NCBI GenBank assembly: GCA_965644295.1
Contig: CBFFRP010000077.1
Location: 62,001 to 126,000, forward strand
Length of the DNA: 64,000 nt
From: Paraphysomonas bandaiensis
Taxonomy: Eukaryota; Protista; Chrysophyceae
Direction: 5' to 3'
The position numbers and the translations under genes were made by a program. The first letter of the stretch is position 1; each line of letters opens with the position of its first letter. This document shows, piece by piece, positions 25,080-36,095 of this stretch. The notes beneath the pieces are model-generated. The model was not told where the DNA came from. It ran no database searches and worked only from the letters and a program-made list of their open reading frames with translations.

Positions 25080-25269
25080 TGTGTACATATCTTACATGTT
25101 TCTGTCATTCCCAATTTATTCATATCAATAATAATATTATTCCATCTGGTTCATATGCATATGGGTCTGCCCTTAACGATTTAACCAAGGCATCGAATTA
25201 CTCAGATATAATCTTCAGTGCACAGATATAATTAATTTTGGTATAAGTTATTTACCTTCCGAAAGAGTG

Positions 25270-26904
25270 ATGAATAAAAAGATTGAAGAAGTCAAGCAGA
25301 GGGTGGAGGAAATATTGCGATCTAAGATCAACCTGAATGATGATTGGAAGCTGGATGATGTAACTAGAAAAGTCAAAGACAGCATTATTCGCCCATCTAG
25401 TCGCTTCGTTAAGAAGAAGTGGCGGAAAGCTGTTACAGGAGATGAGAAGAAGCGTGTTCGAGATTTGATCAAAGAGAAGAAAGAAAAACCACAGTACGTG
25501 AAATTGTTTGATAAAATATCATTCACTGTAGGGGTACTCAATATCCCATTCTGCCAATTTTTTATGCTCAATCGACCAGATCTATTCGGAGTAATGTTTT
25601 GCATTGTCATTACTATCCTCCTTTTGACACGCTACTTTTACTTCAATTCCATCAAACTCCAGTACTTTCTATACGATTTCTGTTATTTCACAAATCTTCT
25701 TAGCATATTATGTGTGTTTGTGCATCCATATATGCCGTGGCTCTTTCGCATGACGTTTATATTCACAAATGGTCCGCTGACCTGGGCCATTATTGTTTGG
25801 CGGAACTCTCTTGTATATCATGATTTTGACAAAATGACATCTATATATATACACATTCTCCCTGCGATGCTGACCCTGGTCCTGCGGTGGAACGTCATTT
25901 CTCCAGAATCCATTTCACCCCTTAGTTGGCAGGACTTCATTATTGCAGCTGTGGGTTATATTTTCTGGCAAGTTAGCTATTACATAAAGACAGAGGTAAT
26001 AGACCGGCATGTACTGGACAGTAATCCTGAATTACTGACCTCCCTTCGATGGTTGGCGAAAGATAAGAAAAATGCGACTGCTCGCGGTGTCTTGAAGATT
26101 TTAAAGCGTGTAGGGGTAATGGGGAAGGATGAAGACTACCAGGCCCACGAATTCAAGACCAAACTCATATTCATGACAAGTCAGTTCATATACACTGTGG
26201 TGACTTTTCTTCCTTCGTTTGTTTTGTATCAGTCCTATACAATCCACGTGGGATATATGATTGCATTGTTTGTTGCGTCTGTTTTCAATGGTGCTTCGTA
26301 TTACATCGAGGTGTTTTCCCAGCGCTACCAGTTGAAGTTCTCCAAGAAGGAGGATATGCAGAAGGTGGTCCAGGCTGCAGCAGAGATTGCATACCAAGCT
26401 GCAACAACGCAGGGACAAGGGTCTCCAGCCCCTATACATGGCCGTAGCACACAGGAGGTCCTTCCCGTTTCCCAAAACGCGGATTCCCAAGAGGCTCAAG
26501 AAGTGAGGAATGGAACCAAAAAGGAGATTAATTCAGAGTCGCCCAGAGAACTTCATGACAAAGACGACATTTTAACAGATAACTCTCCCGATGAGTGGAA
26601 GGACGACAGCGTTCGTGGCATTATTGAGGCGGCTACAACTGCCTTTGTGGACGAGTGGCACAATATGGAACAGAGCGAATATGAGCACGGTTTCGAGAGC
26701 GAGGATACGGTCTCGGAGCATGACTCCTCGTATTACAGTGATCGGTCTCGGGGAAACTCGGAGGACCTCACGTTGCCCGACAGATCCATGCATACTGCAT
26801 GCAGTGCTCCTGGTAGCGAGAAGTTGTCGAAATTGCCCGAAGCTCCGGAACTGGATGTCTGCTTCACCAAGGAAACAGCTCAAAACAAAGACAAAAATGT
26901 TTAG
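25270..26904 (+). CDS. GPC1: Glycerophosphocholine acyltransferase (GPCAT, DUF2838)
   Basis: YFLYDFCYFTN, GPLTWAIIVWRNSLVYHDFDKMTSIYIHILP, TSLRWL and NGASYYIEVF; multiple TM segments. Confidence 0.93.
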   Translation: MNKKIEEVKQRVEEILRSKINLNDDWKLDDVTRKVKDSIIRPSSRFVKKKWRKAVTGDEKKRVRDLIKEKKEKPQYVKLFDKISFTVGVLNIPFCQFFMLNRPDLFGVMFCIVITILLLTRYFYFNSIKLQYFLYDFCYFTNLLSILCVFVHPYMPWLFRMTFIFTNGPLTWAIIVWRNSLVYHDFDKMTSIYIHILPAMLTLVLRWNVISPESISPLSWQDFIIAAVGYIFWQVSYYIKTEVIDRHVLDSNPELLTSLRWLAKDKKNATARGVLKILKRVGVMGKDEDYQAHEFKTKLIFMTSQFIYTVVTFLPSFVLYQSYTIHVGYMIALFVASVFNGASYYIEVFSQRYQLKFSKKEDMQKVVQAAAEIAYQAATTQGQGSPAPIHGRSTQEVLPVSQNADSQEAQEVRNGTKKEINSESPRELHDKDDILTDNSPDEWKDDSVRGIIEAATTAFVDEWHNMEQSEYEHGFESEDTVSEHDSSYYSDRSRGNSEDLTLPDRSMHTACSAPGSEKLSKLPEAPELDVCFTKETAQNKDKNV

Positions 26905-27347
26905 ATAGTCATGTATATATTTCACCTTGCGTTGTTATGTTATTGTGGCCGTTCGATGCTTGTTTAGCAAGTGGACTCGCTAGTGATACGACCTTGTAAC
27001 CGTATTCGGTGATATAAATACAAGTAACGCAAGCGATTTCTTTTTTTGACATAGTTGCTATTACTTTGGAGACACACTACTTCTACTTTAGTCGGACAAC
27101 ATAACTACTTCAATTGAAAAGTAGAATATTGGACATGATGACGAGGTACTAGGTAGGACAAATTCTATTCACGTCTTCAATAATATAATGTATGATGGGT
27201 CAAACCAAGGCCTTGTCACCGTTAATGGAAATGTCATTATAATCGCCGGGACCTATTTCATTTATTGTCGTTGTAATTACAGGGTACAGAGCACCCACTA
27301 ATGATTTGAATTATTAACTAATTACTGCATATGATTATTACGTATGC

Positions 27348-27690
27348 TAGAATTGGACCTTGCTCTACACTTAAATTTTGGCCTTGCTTTGTTGCACACA
27401 TTGTAATTTATTTCAAGAAATAATTATAAATCTCAACACTTCACAACTTTAGAACATAATTATGTATGTAAAATCTGGTGAACATCTGTCCTCAGAAACA
27501 TCACTTTATCATATGTTTACCAGTCACTCCTATATTTTATATAAGTATGCATAAGTAACTGAATTTACTTTTTTTGTAACTACATTCACCCGTTACACCT
27601 CTGGGTTAATTTAATCAATTGCACACCATTAACTCTCTTCAGTATCACAACTATATGTATCACATCATACTGCAGAGCTCAAAAAGGTAT
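27348..27690 (+). repeat. Old dispersed repeat (family B), copy 2
   Basis: Collinear with 13693-14010. Confidence 0.8.
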
Positions 27691-27886
27691 ATTCGTTCTG
27701 TTTTACTACTTCGTAGTGTTCTTTACTACACAACTAGCCTATGGTGAGTTACTACCGTCACAGCATCAAGCTAATAATTAAAGAAATTAGATTTAAGTAT
27801 TTTATTTGCCGGTGGATGTAGTGAATTACTACAATGTGTCATATCAATATCATGGATTGACATTTTGACTCTTGAAGTGTGTTAAC

Positions 27887-28772
27887 TAAGTAAACAATAT
27901 GCAAACGTGGGAAATTTTCAAAAATTTGGGAAAATCTAGTAGATTTTACTAGACTTTTAAGAATTTTTGTAGAATGATTCTAAAAGTGCTTGAATGCACT
28001 AGTACAGTAGTGTTAATAAATATTTAGGTTTTATAGGACACACCAACAGCACGTTTCCTTTTACCAGTAACTACGTTGTCTGCCCTAATACTACTACTAT
28101 CAACCCACTGGTCTGCATGTGCAATTATTGAGTAGTTCCCAGCAGACGACTAATATATATCAATACAAATGCAGAGAACTATTTATTTGCACTCTAGTAA
28201 CTAGCTAGTTTTAACAGCGACAACAATGACACCAACCTCGACTCATGCCAGCTCGCAACCACGTCGCACATACCCCACCACCACCCCGACGATCCTCCAG
28301 CTACTTAAAGCAACATCCACCCCCAGAGCCGTGCCCCACACGAGACCCCGCCCTCAACGCAGGCCTGCCAACCCGATCCGGAGGCAGACAACACTCATTT
28401 CCGACAGAACCACAACCACAACTGGTAATCCCAACACCTCCGCTGACACACATCCACAGAATGGCACGTCACCCCCCACACCCCGACTCGCATGCGGATA
28501 TGGACCACCAGAAACACTACCCAAAGGACGACCACCAGACTAAACTTAAAACAAGGGATGGTTGCACCAAGGTGCTTGCAGCAATGCACAAGCAGTCCCG
28601 AGATAACTGAGCATTTCATAATTTGTGTTACAACTAGTCTAACGTAATAGATAGATAAATGCAACAAGTTCTCTCATGTAATAATCAGATCTAATTATAG
28701 CTAGTTTTAACAAGGAATGTACGTCAAAAACGCGGGGAATTTTTTTTCCCACGTTTGCATATTGTTTACTTA
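27887..28772. mobile_element. MITE-like element bounded by a perfect 28-bp inverted repeat (outer TA possibly a TSD), carrying a nested LINE fragment
   Basis: TAAGTAAACAATATGCAAACGTGGGAAA at 27887-27914 and its exact reverse complement at 28745-28772. Confidence 0.7.
28217..28697 (+). mobile_element. 5'-truncated LINE 3' end (481 bp) with 15-bp TSD
   Basis: TSD TAGCTAGTTTTAACA at 28202-28216 and 28698-28712. The ORF end PKGRPPD matches the other LINEs, and the conserved GCACCAAGGTGCTTGC..CAAGCAG 3' core is present. Confidence 0.88.
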
Positions 28773-28906
28773 TACTGAACCCTTTAAATATCACACCCTT
28801 TAACTGAAAATTTGAATGAAAACAGAATATTCTGATTCTTAGCGACGACAAAGTATTTGATAGTATATATTATAATATTATGTATTTTATTATATAGTAG
28901 ATAACA

Positions 28907-28955
28907 TTATCCCCCAGAACACCACGAAGAGGTGCGAGTCTGACCTTGTTGAGGG
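28907..28955 (-). mobile_element. Family A head fragment (first ~50 nt)
   Basis: Reads CCCTCAACAAGGTCAGACTCGCACCTCTTCGTGGTGTTCTGGGGGATAA on the minus strand. Confidence 0.85.
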
Positions 28956-29002
28956 TTAATTTTTAGCGTCTACTTCAATCAGTTACACTCCGGTAGTACC
29001 CA

Positions 29003-30187
29003 GTTGAACAGTTGAGTATTAAGAAGCGCAAGCTTGTGCGTTGCCGCGACCAGCCTAACAACTCGCGCGACACTATAAGCATAACAGAACTCTCATCTAG
29101 TTACTATTGCATGCACCGACAAGTGCTCAACTATACAACACGATTTAATTAGCTACATCATGGGCATACGACGAGTTGCGTGTTTAAGCCGGATCATACG
29201 CTCCTGTCCAATTTACTTGTCCTAACACAAACAACTTCCGGTCGGTGTCTTCAGCATATGTCTCCTGTATATGCGGCAGATCTTTAGGTTCCTCTTCAAG
29301 GTGGTGTTCACAGCAGCAGGTAGTCTGAAGGGGAGAGAACAGTAGAGTAGCTCTAGCGCCGGGTCCTCCCACGGTCACGAAGCGGTCTCACTGGTGTAAT
29401 TTTACCAAAATCTGTTATAAATTCAAGCTGACTCCAATGTCTTCCCTCCATTATGTGCACTCGTCTAGCACATGCATCCACCTTGCACTCTTCTCCAGAG
29501 TGACTTACGTTAGTAGGAAACCGTGCACCTTCTCCGCTCCGATAAAAATCTACTAAAAGTAAGAAACAACATAAAAGCACACAAAAATGTACCTGACACT
29601 GCTTGGAGAACAGTGCCAGAGCCTTGATATATTCTCAATGACCTGGGTCAGGAGAAACCAAGACTAGGCAGTAGACGTGCGAGAAGACATGACAGGTCTA
29701 ATCACATCATTGCCATTGCCACGCATTCATGTCTTACCTCGGTCGTTGGCCACACAGATACCGAATAATGTGAACGCATATACTCAGCATCAATCAGTCA
29801 AAGCAAACACAGTGAGCAAGCGGAATGTTAATATACCTGACATCTGCTGACTTCAGGTTTTTGAGCTCTTAAGGTGAACACCCGGATGCTTAACTTCAGC
29901 AGGCAGCCCAATACCCCGGTTACCCCTCAGGTGGGCCCTGTCCCGGATGCCCTTGAGGTGGGCCCATTCCCGGGTTCCTGTTTATTCGTCAGGGCCCAAA
30001 GACGTCTACACAAGTGACACTTATTAGTGTCCCTTTTGTACCACACAAGCATTCGGCTATATGAGTGGGCAGAACAATATCTTCTGACTATGTTTGCGGC
30101 TCACGTTAGTTTCCCAGAGAGAATCTCTCCGGTACTTATCCCCCAGAACACCACGAAAAGGTGCGAGTAGTCCGACTTTGTTGAGGG
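29003..30187 (-). mobile_element. Long family A retroposon (1185 bp) with ~0.8 kb cargo and a divergent tail
   Basis: Perfect 15-bp TSD CTCCGGTAGTACCCA at 28988-29002 and 30188-30202; the 5' end CCCTCAAC is at 30187. Confidence 0.93.
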
Positions 30188-31918
30188 CTCCGGTAGTACC
30201 CACGCTGATTAGAATAAACCTGCGCAACAGTCATTCAGTTTTCAATACATATAGTACATATACATCACAGCGTAAGAGGGCTATATTTTAGTAACGGAGG
30301 TATACTCTATTCTTATTCCTTAACTTATTATATATATATTATAGTGTGTGTAGAGATGTAGTATGCACGAGTACTGGAGAGAGGCCCTCTCCACGAGACA
30401 CGACGCGCACTTTGAGATTAGTCAGGCGTGTGACGCTCAGGATGCGAGCGGACCCAATTGATTTTCCTATTAGTCCACGTTGTTTTGGCCGTTGCGATGC
30501 TCTCCAGGAAGACGTACGAATACAATGGTATTTACATATAGCAGACGAGACTGCAAGGGGAGACTGGTTGGAGGTCGACCGTGGTTTAGGCCGTGACAAT
30601 TTTACACTCTCTGCGAAATCGATGTTGCAAGAGTTATGAAACGAATACTTACATCCGCAATATGGCAATGGCGTCTGTCCGGAACACGCCAATGATCACT
30701 AACTTCCAATCCCTTCGTGACCAGCGGACTCTAGAGAGTTTTACACTGCTCTACGCGACCAACTCTATGGTCATAATACCTGAACCGCGCGCCCGGATAC
30801 AGGAAGGACAGCGGCGTCTTACTTCCGCACAAACTGGCCCTCGCTGGTAGCGGCAGATCTAAGATCAAGAACACATCACACCTACGACAACGCATATACT
30901 CAATACAGCCTTGACATGGGACTAATCATACAGCAATGTATGGTAGAAATAGGGCCAAATTTTAAACAAAATTAGGACTTAACCTGAACAAAGCCAGATG
31001 CTCTAACTGCGGCTTTCGGCTTGACTCCCTCAAACATATGTGTCTTGATTACTGTCAGCACACCTCCATTTCTCAGGTACGAGAATCTGCCTTTTTCAGA
31101 GGCATACGGAAACTCCCAATTGATCCAACCCTTCCACCTTGGAGTTCTCCCATTCTAAAATACTATCTCGTAGAGCCTGGAGTACCTCACTTCCGCAGGT
31201 GTCGAACGATTTTGGACAGGAACCATTACTGAGACCCAAATGGAAAGCATCTTCGAAACACAGTACAATTGCTCTCTGTCAGTTCGCGTGGACTACGTAC
31301 CATAGATAATGCGGTTGTAACCCTTCTTCAATCGCTTTACACAAACAACAAATGCTTCATGATCGTAGTGGGCGTTATACTGCCCACACCTAAGGGGCCA
31401 CACCGCCTTCCCCCTAGAGACTGCGTCAGCGACGTGGACGCACACGAAGCAGCATAGGTAGTACAGCTCGGCCTAATCGGCAGCCTTCCCCCAGCATGCG
31501 CTCAACACGGCCTAAATCGAGCAACACCCTGCTGGGACCACGAGTTCTACGCTTACTACACGCGTCCCCTCAGCTGCCCTCCTCTTCCACCACCCCTTTC
31601 CCCGCAGAGAATTCAAGGGACGATGACGTCCCACTCCACCCCTTCGCACATGTATATCAGGTTAGGTACACTCGACTCACTAATTCAGAATCCTCACCCA
31701 CAAAGTCCTGAAGAACCCTATCCTAAGGGGCGTGCTCCTGACTGTTTCTTCTGTATTTTATGTACCACACAATGACCTAAAAATCCTATGATCCTTCTGT
31801 CTTTCATGGACTAATGCCCGCTGAGAGACTCTCCCTCACACACAAGAACGGAAGTGGTTGCATCTTGGGGCTTGCGGCGACGCATAAGCAGCTTCTGTAT
31901 CGTTAAATAGAATCAAGA

Positions 31919-32008
31919 CCCTCAACAAAGTCGGACTACTCGCACCTTTTCGTGGTGTTCTGGGGGATAAGTACCGGAGAGGTTCTCTCTGGGAAACTAA
32001 CGTGAGCC
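31919..32008 (+). ncRNA. Putative HDV-like self-cleaving ribozyme (L1Tc/ingi Pr77-like), representative copy
   Basis: Manual fold: P1 CCCUCAAC(31919-26)/GUU[CU]GGGGG(31957-66); P2 CUCGC(31939-43)/GUGAG(32002-06); P3 ACC/GGU around L3 UUUUCGU; P4 hairpin CCGGAGAG/CUCUCUGG framed by AGUA/GAA; J4/2 CUAA (31997-32000). Confidence 0.65.
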
Positions 32009-32430
32009 GCAAACATAGTCAGAAGATATTGTTCTGCCCACTCATAGCCGAATGCTTGTGTGGTACAAAAGGGACACTAATAAGTGTCACTTGTGTAGAC
32101 GTCTTTGGGCCCTGACGAATAAACAGGCATCCGGGAATGGGCCCACCTCAAGGGCATCCGGGACAGGGCCCACCTGAGGGGTAACCGGGGTATTGGGCTG
32201 CCTGCTGAAGTTAAGCATCCGGGTGTTCACCTTAAGAACTCAGAGCGGAAGTGGTCGCACCTTGGTGCTTGCGGCGACGCGCAAGCAGCTTTAGTAGCGT
32301 TCAATAGTAGAATAAAAAAGTGTGTACTGCTTAGTTACAGGTAGAGGTCTAACTAGTTTGTCTAGCATTCCTCTAGCTACTAAGTTGGTGCAGGTTTTTA
32401 ACGCCTATTGCTAATAATAAGACTTTCAAT
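31919..32430 (+). mobile_element. Full-length short family A retroposon inserted in a LINE 3' UTR
   Basis: CCCTCAAC start; tail ends AAGACTTTCAAT; degenerate TSD TAGAATCAAGA / TAGTAGCAAGA. Confidence 0.92.
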
Positions 32431-32828
32431 GTAGTAGCAAGATAAGAGAGCTTGTGCTAGTTAGTTACAAGTAGACGTTTATCTAGCTTGACTAGGTTAC
32501 ATCTAGCTACTAAACTGGTGTAGATTCTCAACGCCTATTGCTAATAAAAGGACTTTATCATCATGCAGAGGTGTAATACAAATTAGAGAAAGTAATAATT
32601 AATATGAATCTTACATCTCCTTATCTATGCATTTAAGAAAAATAACTATCATTATACGAAAACAGTAACGACCATGTAAACACCAGCACTGGGCAACAAA
32701 ATGTATAAAGAATCATATATTTACATTTCGCAATAAGTCCAATCAACAATAGGGAAATAGAATGAAGAGTTGTGAAATCTATTCGGTAATACTTTCAGAA
32801 ACCGAATGCTTGCCTACATTGGAAAATA

Positions 32829-35473
32829 CTACATCCATTTGTTCTGTCTCACGAGCCTACAAAATGATTTTTGAGGTAAACTCCAAGTGGATTTTAGTGG
32901 GGTTGCATCTTGTTTGTTCAGTTGCACAAAATACCTGCATACACAAAATGATAACAATCGACTAATGAACAATGGCAATATCTTCACCTTGCCCCAGATA
33001 TCAGATCAAATTCTTCCACCCATTCTGGAGCTTCCCATCTGCTTTCTCCGGTAGTGGAGTTGTAATAGTATGGATAGCCGCTTTCGTCTAACTGTTCGTA
33101 CCACACGTCCACCGATGGACCGCTTCCCTTATTTGCCTCCTCTGTGGGGATAAAATCATAGTCCTCTCTAGCCGTTCCTCGATTGGTTGCACTGCCATCA
33201 ACAGCTTCCTCGGGTATAGGAGCACACTTCGGTTTCTTAATTGACTTAACGGAGACTGGAATGGGACGAAGAAACACATGGTCACGCTGGAGTCTGTCAT
33301 TCCATTCAGTGCGCACGGCCCAACCCCATGTAGCGTCCATCTCCTGGCTGCCGCGCTGGTTTGGAACACTGGCTTGGTCTGGAGAAGTTGTGTTCCAGTG
33401 CGCCAGCACTAGCACCCAACCACTCAATCGCTTCTTTGCGAGAATTTTATTCGCGGTAGAAATGTAACCTACAACAGGGGAGCGTTCCTTACTGGCTGCA
33501 CGGACTGGATGCACATATCGTCCTGTTCCAACATGAGAATCTGGGGGTATTAATTGGTACCACTTAGTCTCCCCTTCCTCGAACACTTCCTCCGTTTCCT
33601 TTTTTTTACCTTTCTCTTTTTCTTCGCTACCTAACTTGTTCTTTTGTATAGGCTTTCTCACCTGAGGATTAGCTTGACTTCTGAATCCTCTCCTAGGAAT
33701 TGAATCATGTGAATCCTCATAGTCATCCTCACCGTCACTCTCCACCCATTCATCGGGAATTATGTCATCATCACTCAATACTTCTTCAGGAAGAGAACTC
33801 GCCGATCCAAAACGCTTACCATACAACGAGGCACTGGTGTCATTGCGTGCAGACGACCCATGTGCCTGCCAGGTACGTCGGCCGGACTTACTATTCGACC
33901 CACATCTATTGCCATTGGGAGACGGCATAAATAATTCATCGTCTTCTTCCACTTCCTCCGCAACTGCGGAGTTAACGCGCTGGAGAGGGCGGTTTGTCTG
34001 TGGGAATATGGACTGCTTGTTCAAGGGTTTCGTCCCAGATGAATTCGACGGTGCGGATGATGTCGCTTTCTTGTTTTTCGGTATGCTATCACCACCACAG
34101 GTGGTAGTTTCTCTTTGAAGTGTGACACTCACAGGATCACACCAGGGACCCTTGCTTCCTATACACAAGCCAATACAATAAGTGAGCTATAGACGTAAAA
34201 ACAAACAGGACGTATTTATACCTCTTGTATTGTCAGTGGATGGCGGGATGAGGTGTCTAACTCTAAACTCATAGTAACGTCCAGGTAAAAGGTTCTTCTT
34301 AATCACCCTGTCCCCAGATATCATTACAGCCACAGCTTCCCACTCAGGTCCATCTCGCCAGCTCAACTCTGTCCGTAAGATTCCCGGGTCGATTTTATCG
34401 GACACGGAAGGAGGATTCCAATGAAGCTGCACAATTGTGGAGTCGAGGGGCGAGGCGGAGAGGCCGGTAGGGACAGGAAGAGAGATTGGCTGACGACTTG
34501 TCTTCGGTCGCCGCTCATTACCTCGATCGTTCTTTCTATCTTTCTCTTTTCCATGTTCTCTACTGTGCTCTCTCTTATATGAAGCATGTGGCTGTTTGCT
34601 CTCTGCTTTCTGGGCATGAATATTTGGACCATGACTGTAAGTCCTATGACCATAGCTAGTTTTGGCTCGTCGTTCCGCTGCCCTAGCCTCAGCTGCATCC
34701 ATCTCACGTTGCCGTGCTTCCATGCGTTCACGAGCATGTTTTTCTTCCTCTGTCTCACGCCGAGCACTTGACGAATTAGTTTTACAACCTTGGTTATTGT
34801 TCCCCTTATTGTGATGAGAGTTGGAAGAGGCCGTGGACTTCCGGCTTGAAGTTCCATCAGTATTTGAATGTCCTCTACATTCTTGACGGCTACTCTCTTG
34901 AGAAGGAGATTTTCTGGGTGCTTCGCTGGAATTATCACTTCTTGTAGTCGTTGATTTCGTCGCCGGTGGAGGGCCTGGTGGTTTGCTTGCGGCAGCAGCA
35001 GCTGCTGCCGCTGCTGCTTTTTGCCTAGCTTCCTCAGCCTTACGACTGGTTTCATTCGTGAGTTTTTCGTGCGCGCATTGAATGGCCTGAAAAAGGGGAG
35101 TCGTGCATGGATTTTTATCTGTACATGCATTTAATTTGGTTAACACCACTCCAAATATGCACCAGATATGCGTATTACCTGGGTGGTATTTGAGTGCGAG
35201 CTTCTTATAGGCCTTACGGACATCAATAGTCTGCGATCCAAGCGTAATATCAAGCGCCTCAAAAGGATAATTGGCTAAAAAATGAAGCCCTTGCTGAAGC
35301 AACTCTCCAGCATCAGTTGAACCGGAAGAATCTTCAGCTTGGTCTGATACAGATATGTCGCTCTTTAGCAGCAGTTCGACCCCGTCTCTCACATCCTGGC
35401 CTGTTTTCTTGCGAATCATAACAGCAGCACGCCTGAATTTGTCATGTGGGACGAATACAGATGGAGCGCTCAT
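32829..35473 (-). CDS. J-domain (DnaJ) + fibronectin type III + WW domain protein, ~4 exons
   Basis: VRKAYKKLALKYHP|DKN (HPD restored by splicing ~35122-35179), FN3-like VPTGLSA..VQLHW..NLLPGRYYEFRVR, WW-like WYEQLDESGYPYYYNSTTGESRWEAP. The last exon ends at 32829. Confidence 0.87.
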
Positions 35474-36095
35474 CTAGATGTGACGATATGACCACTAGGG
35501 GGGCACCATATAATCCAATAGCAAAAACTGCGACTCGATAGGCTCCACACGGGCTACATGGGAGATGGTATTGGGTTAATTGATAGGATGGATTCCATCG
35601 CTGGTGAAGTTTCGTTCTATGTGTGATATATGGCCATGTTGGCCTCAATGATGTTAAGGTTGAAACAAATGCAAACGGCAGGGGCCGGCTGTAACTGTGG
35701 TGCGTACACCATGCATGTACAGTACCACAGAGGCGTCCGTGGTTAACAAAAAAAATCGTGTCGAGAACCACTTCGTATGACGTAAAAAAGTTGAAAAACA
35801 GGCATTTTGTGCCTCTTTTGACATAACAAGTGCATTTTTCACTACAGAAAGTGTTTATAATCTGCAGGTTTTCACTGATGTAAAACAGATATACAACCCA
35901 CCCAAGAAATTGTTCTGGTTTGGATACTAAAAATAGTTCGAGTCCACGCACATTCCACTGGACATTTTTCAGATCCGTTTGCAGCACTGCAGCATTCCGT
36001 ATGATATCTACATATATATCCAGGTTCTATGACAATTAACCCTGTTCTACACTCTGTCATCACAATCACGGCTTTTATCTCTACAACTTGATAAC

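Larger units (their letters stand above)
30400..32565 (+). mobile_element. Degenerate 5'-truncated LINE (RNase H C-terminal part, CCHC finger, 3' UTR), interrupted by a family A copy
   Basis: Translated fragments IADETARGDWLEVDRGLGRDN, CSNCGFRLDSLKHMCLD and EPYPKGRAPD match the 57066-58673 ORF, with many frameshifts. The tail resumes after 32430; the left boundary is approximate. Confidence 0.88.

Noticed and set aside
35442-36069. 181-aa and smaller ORFs between the J-domain and CBL-like genes
   Set aside because: Non-ATG starts and no motifs; they lie in a divergent promoter region.
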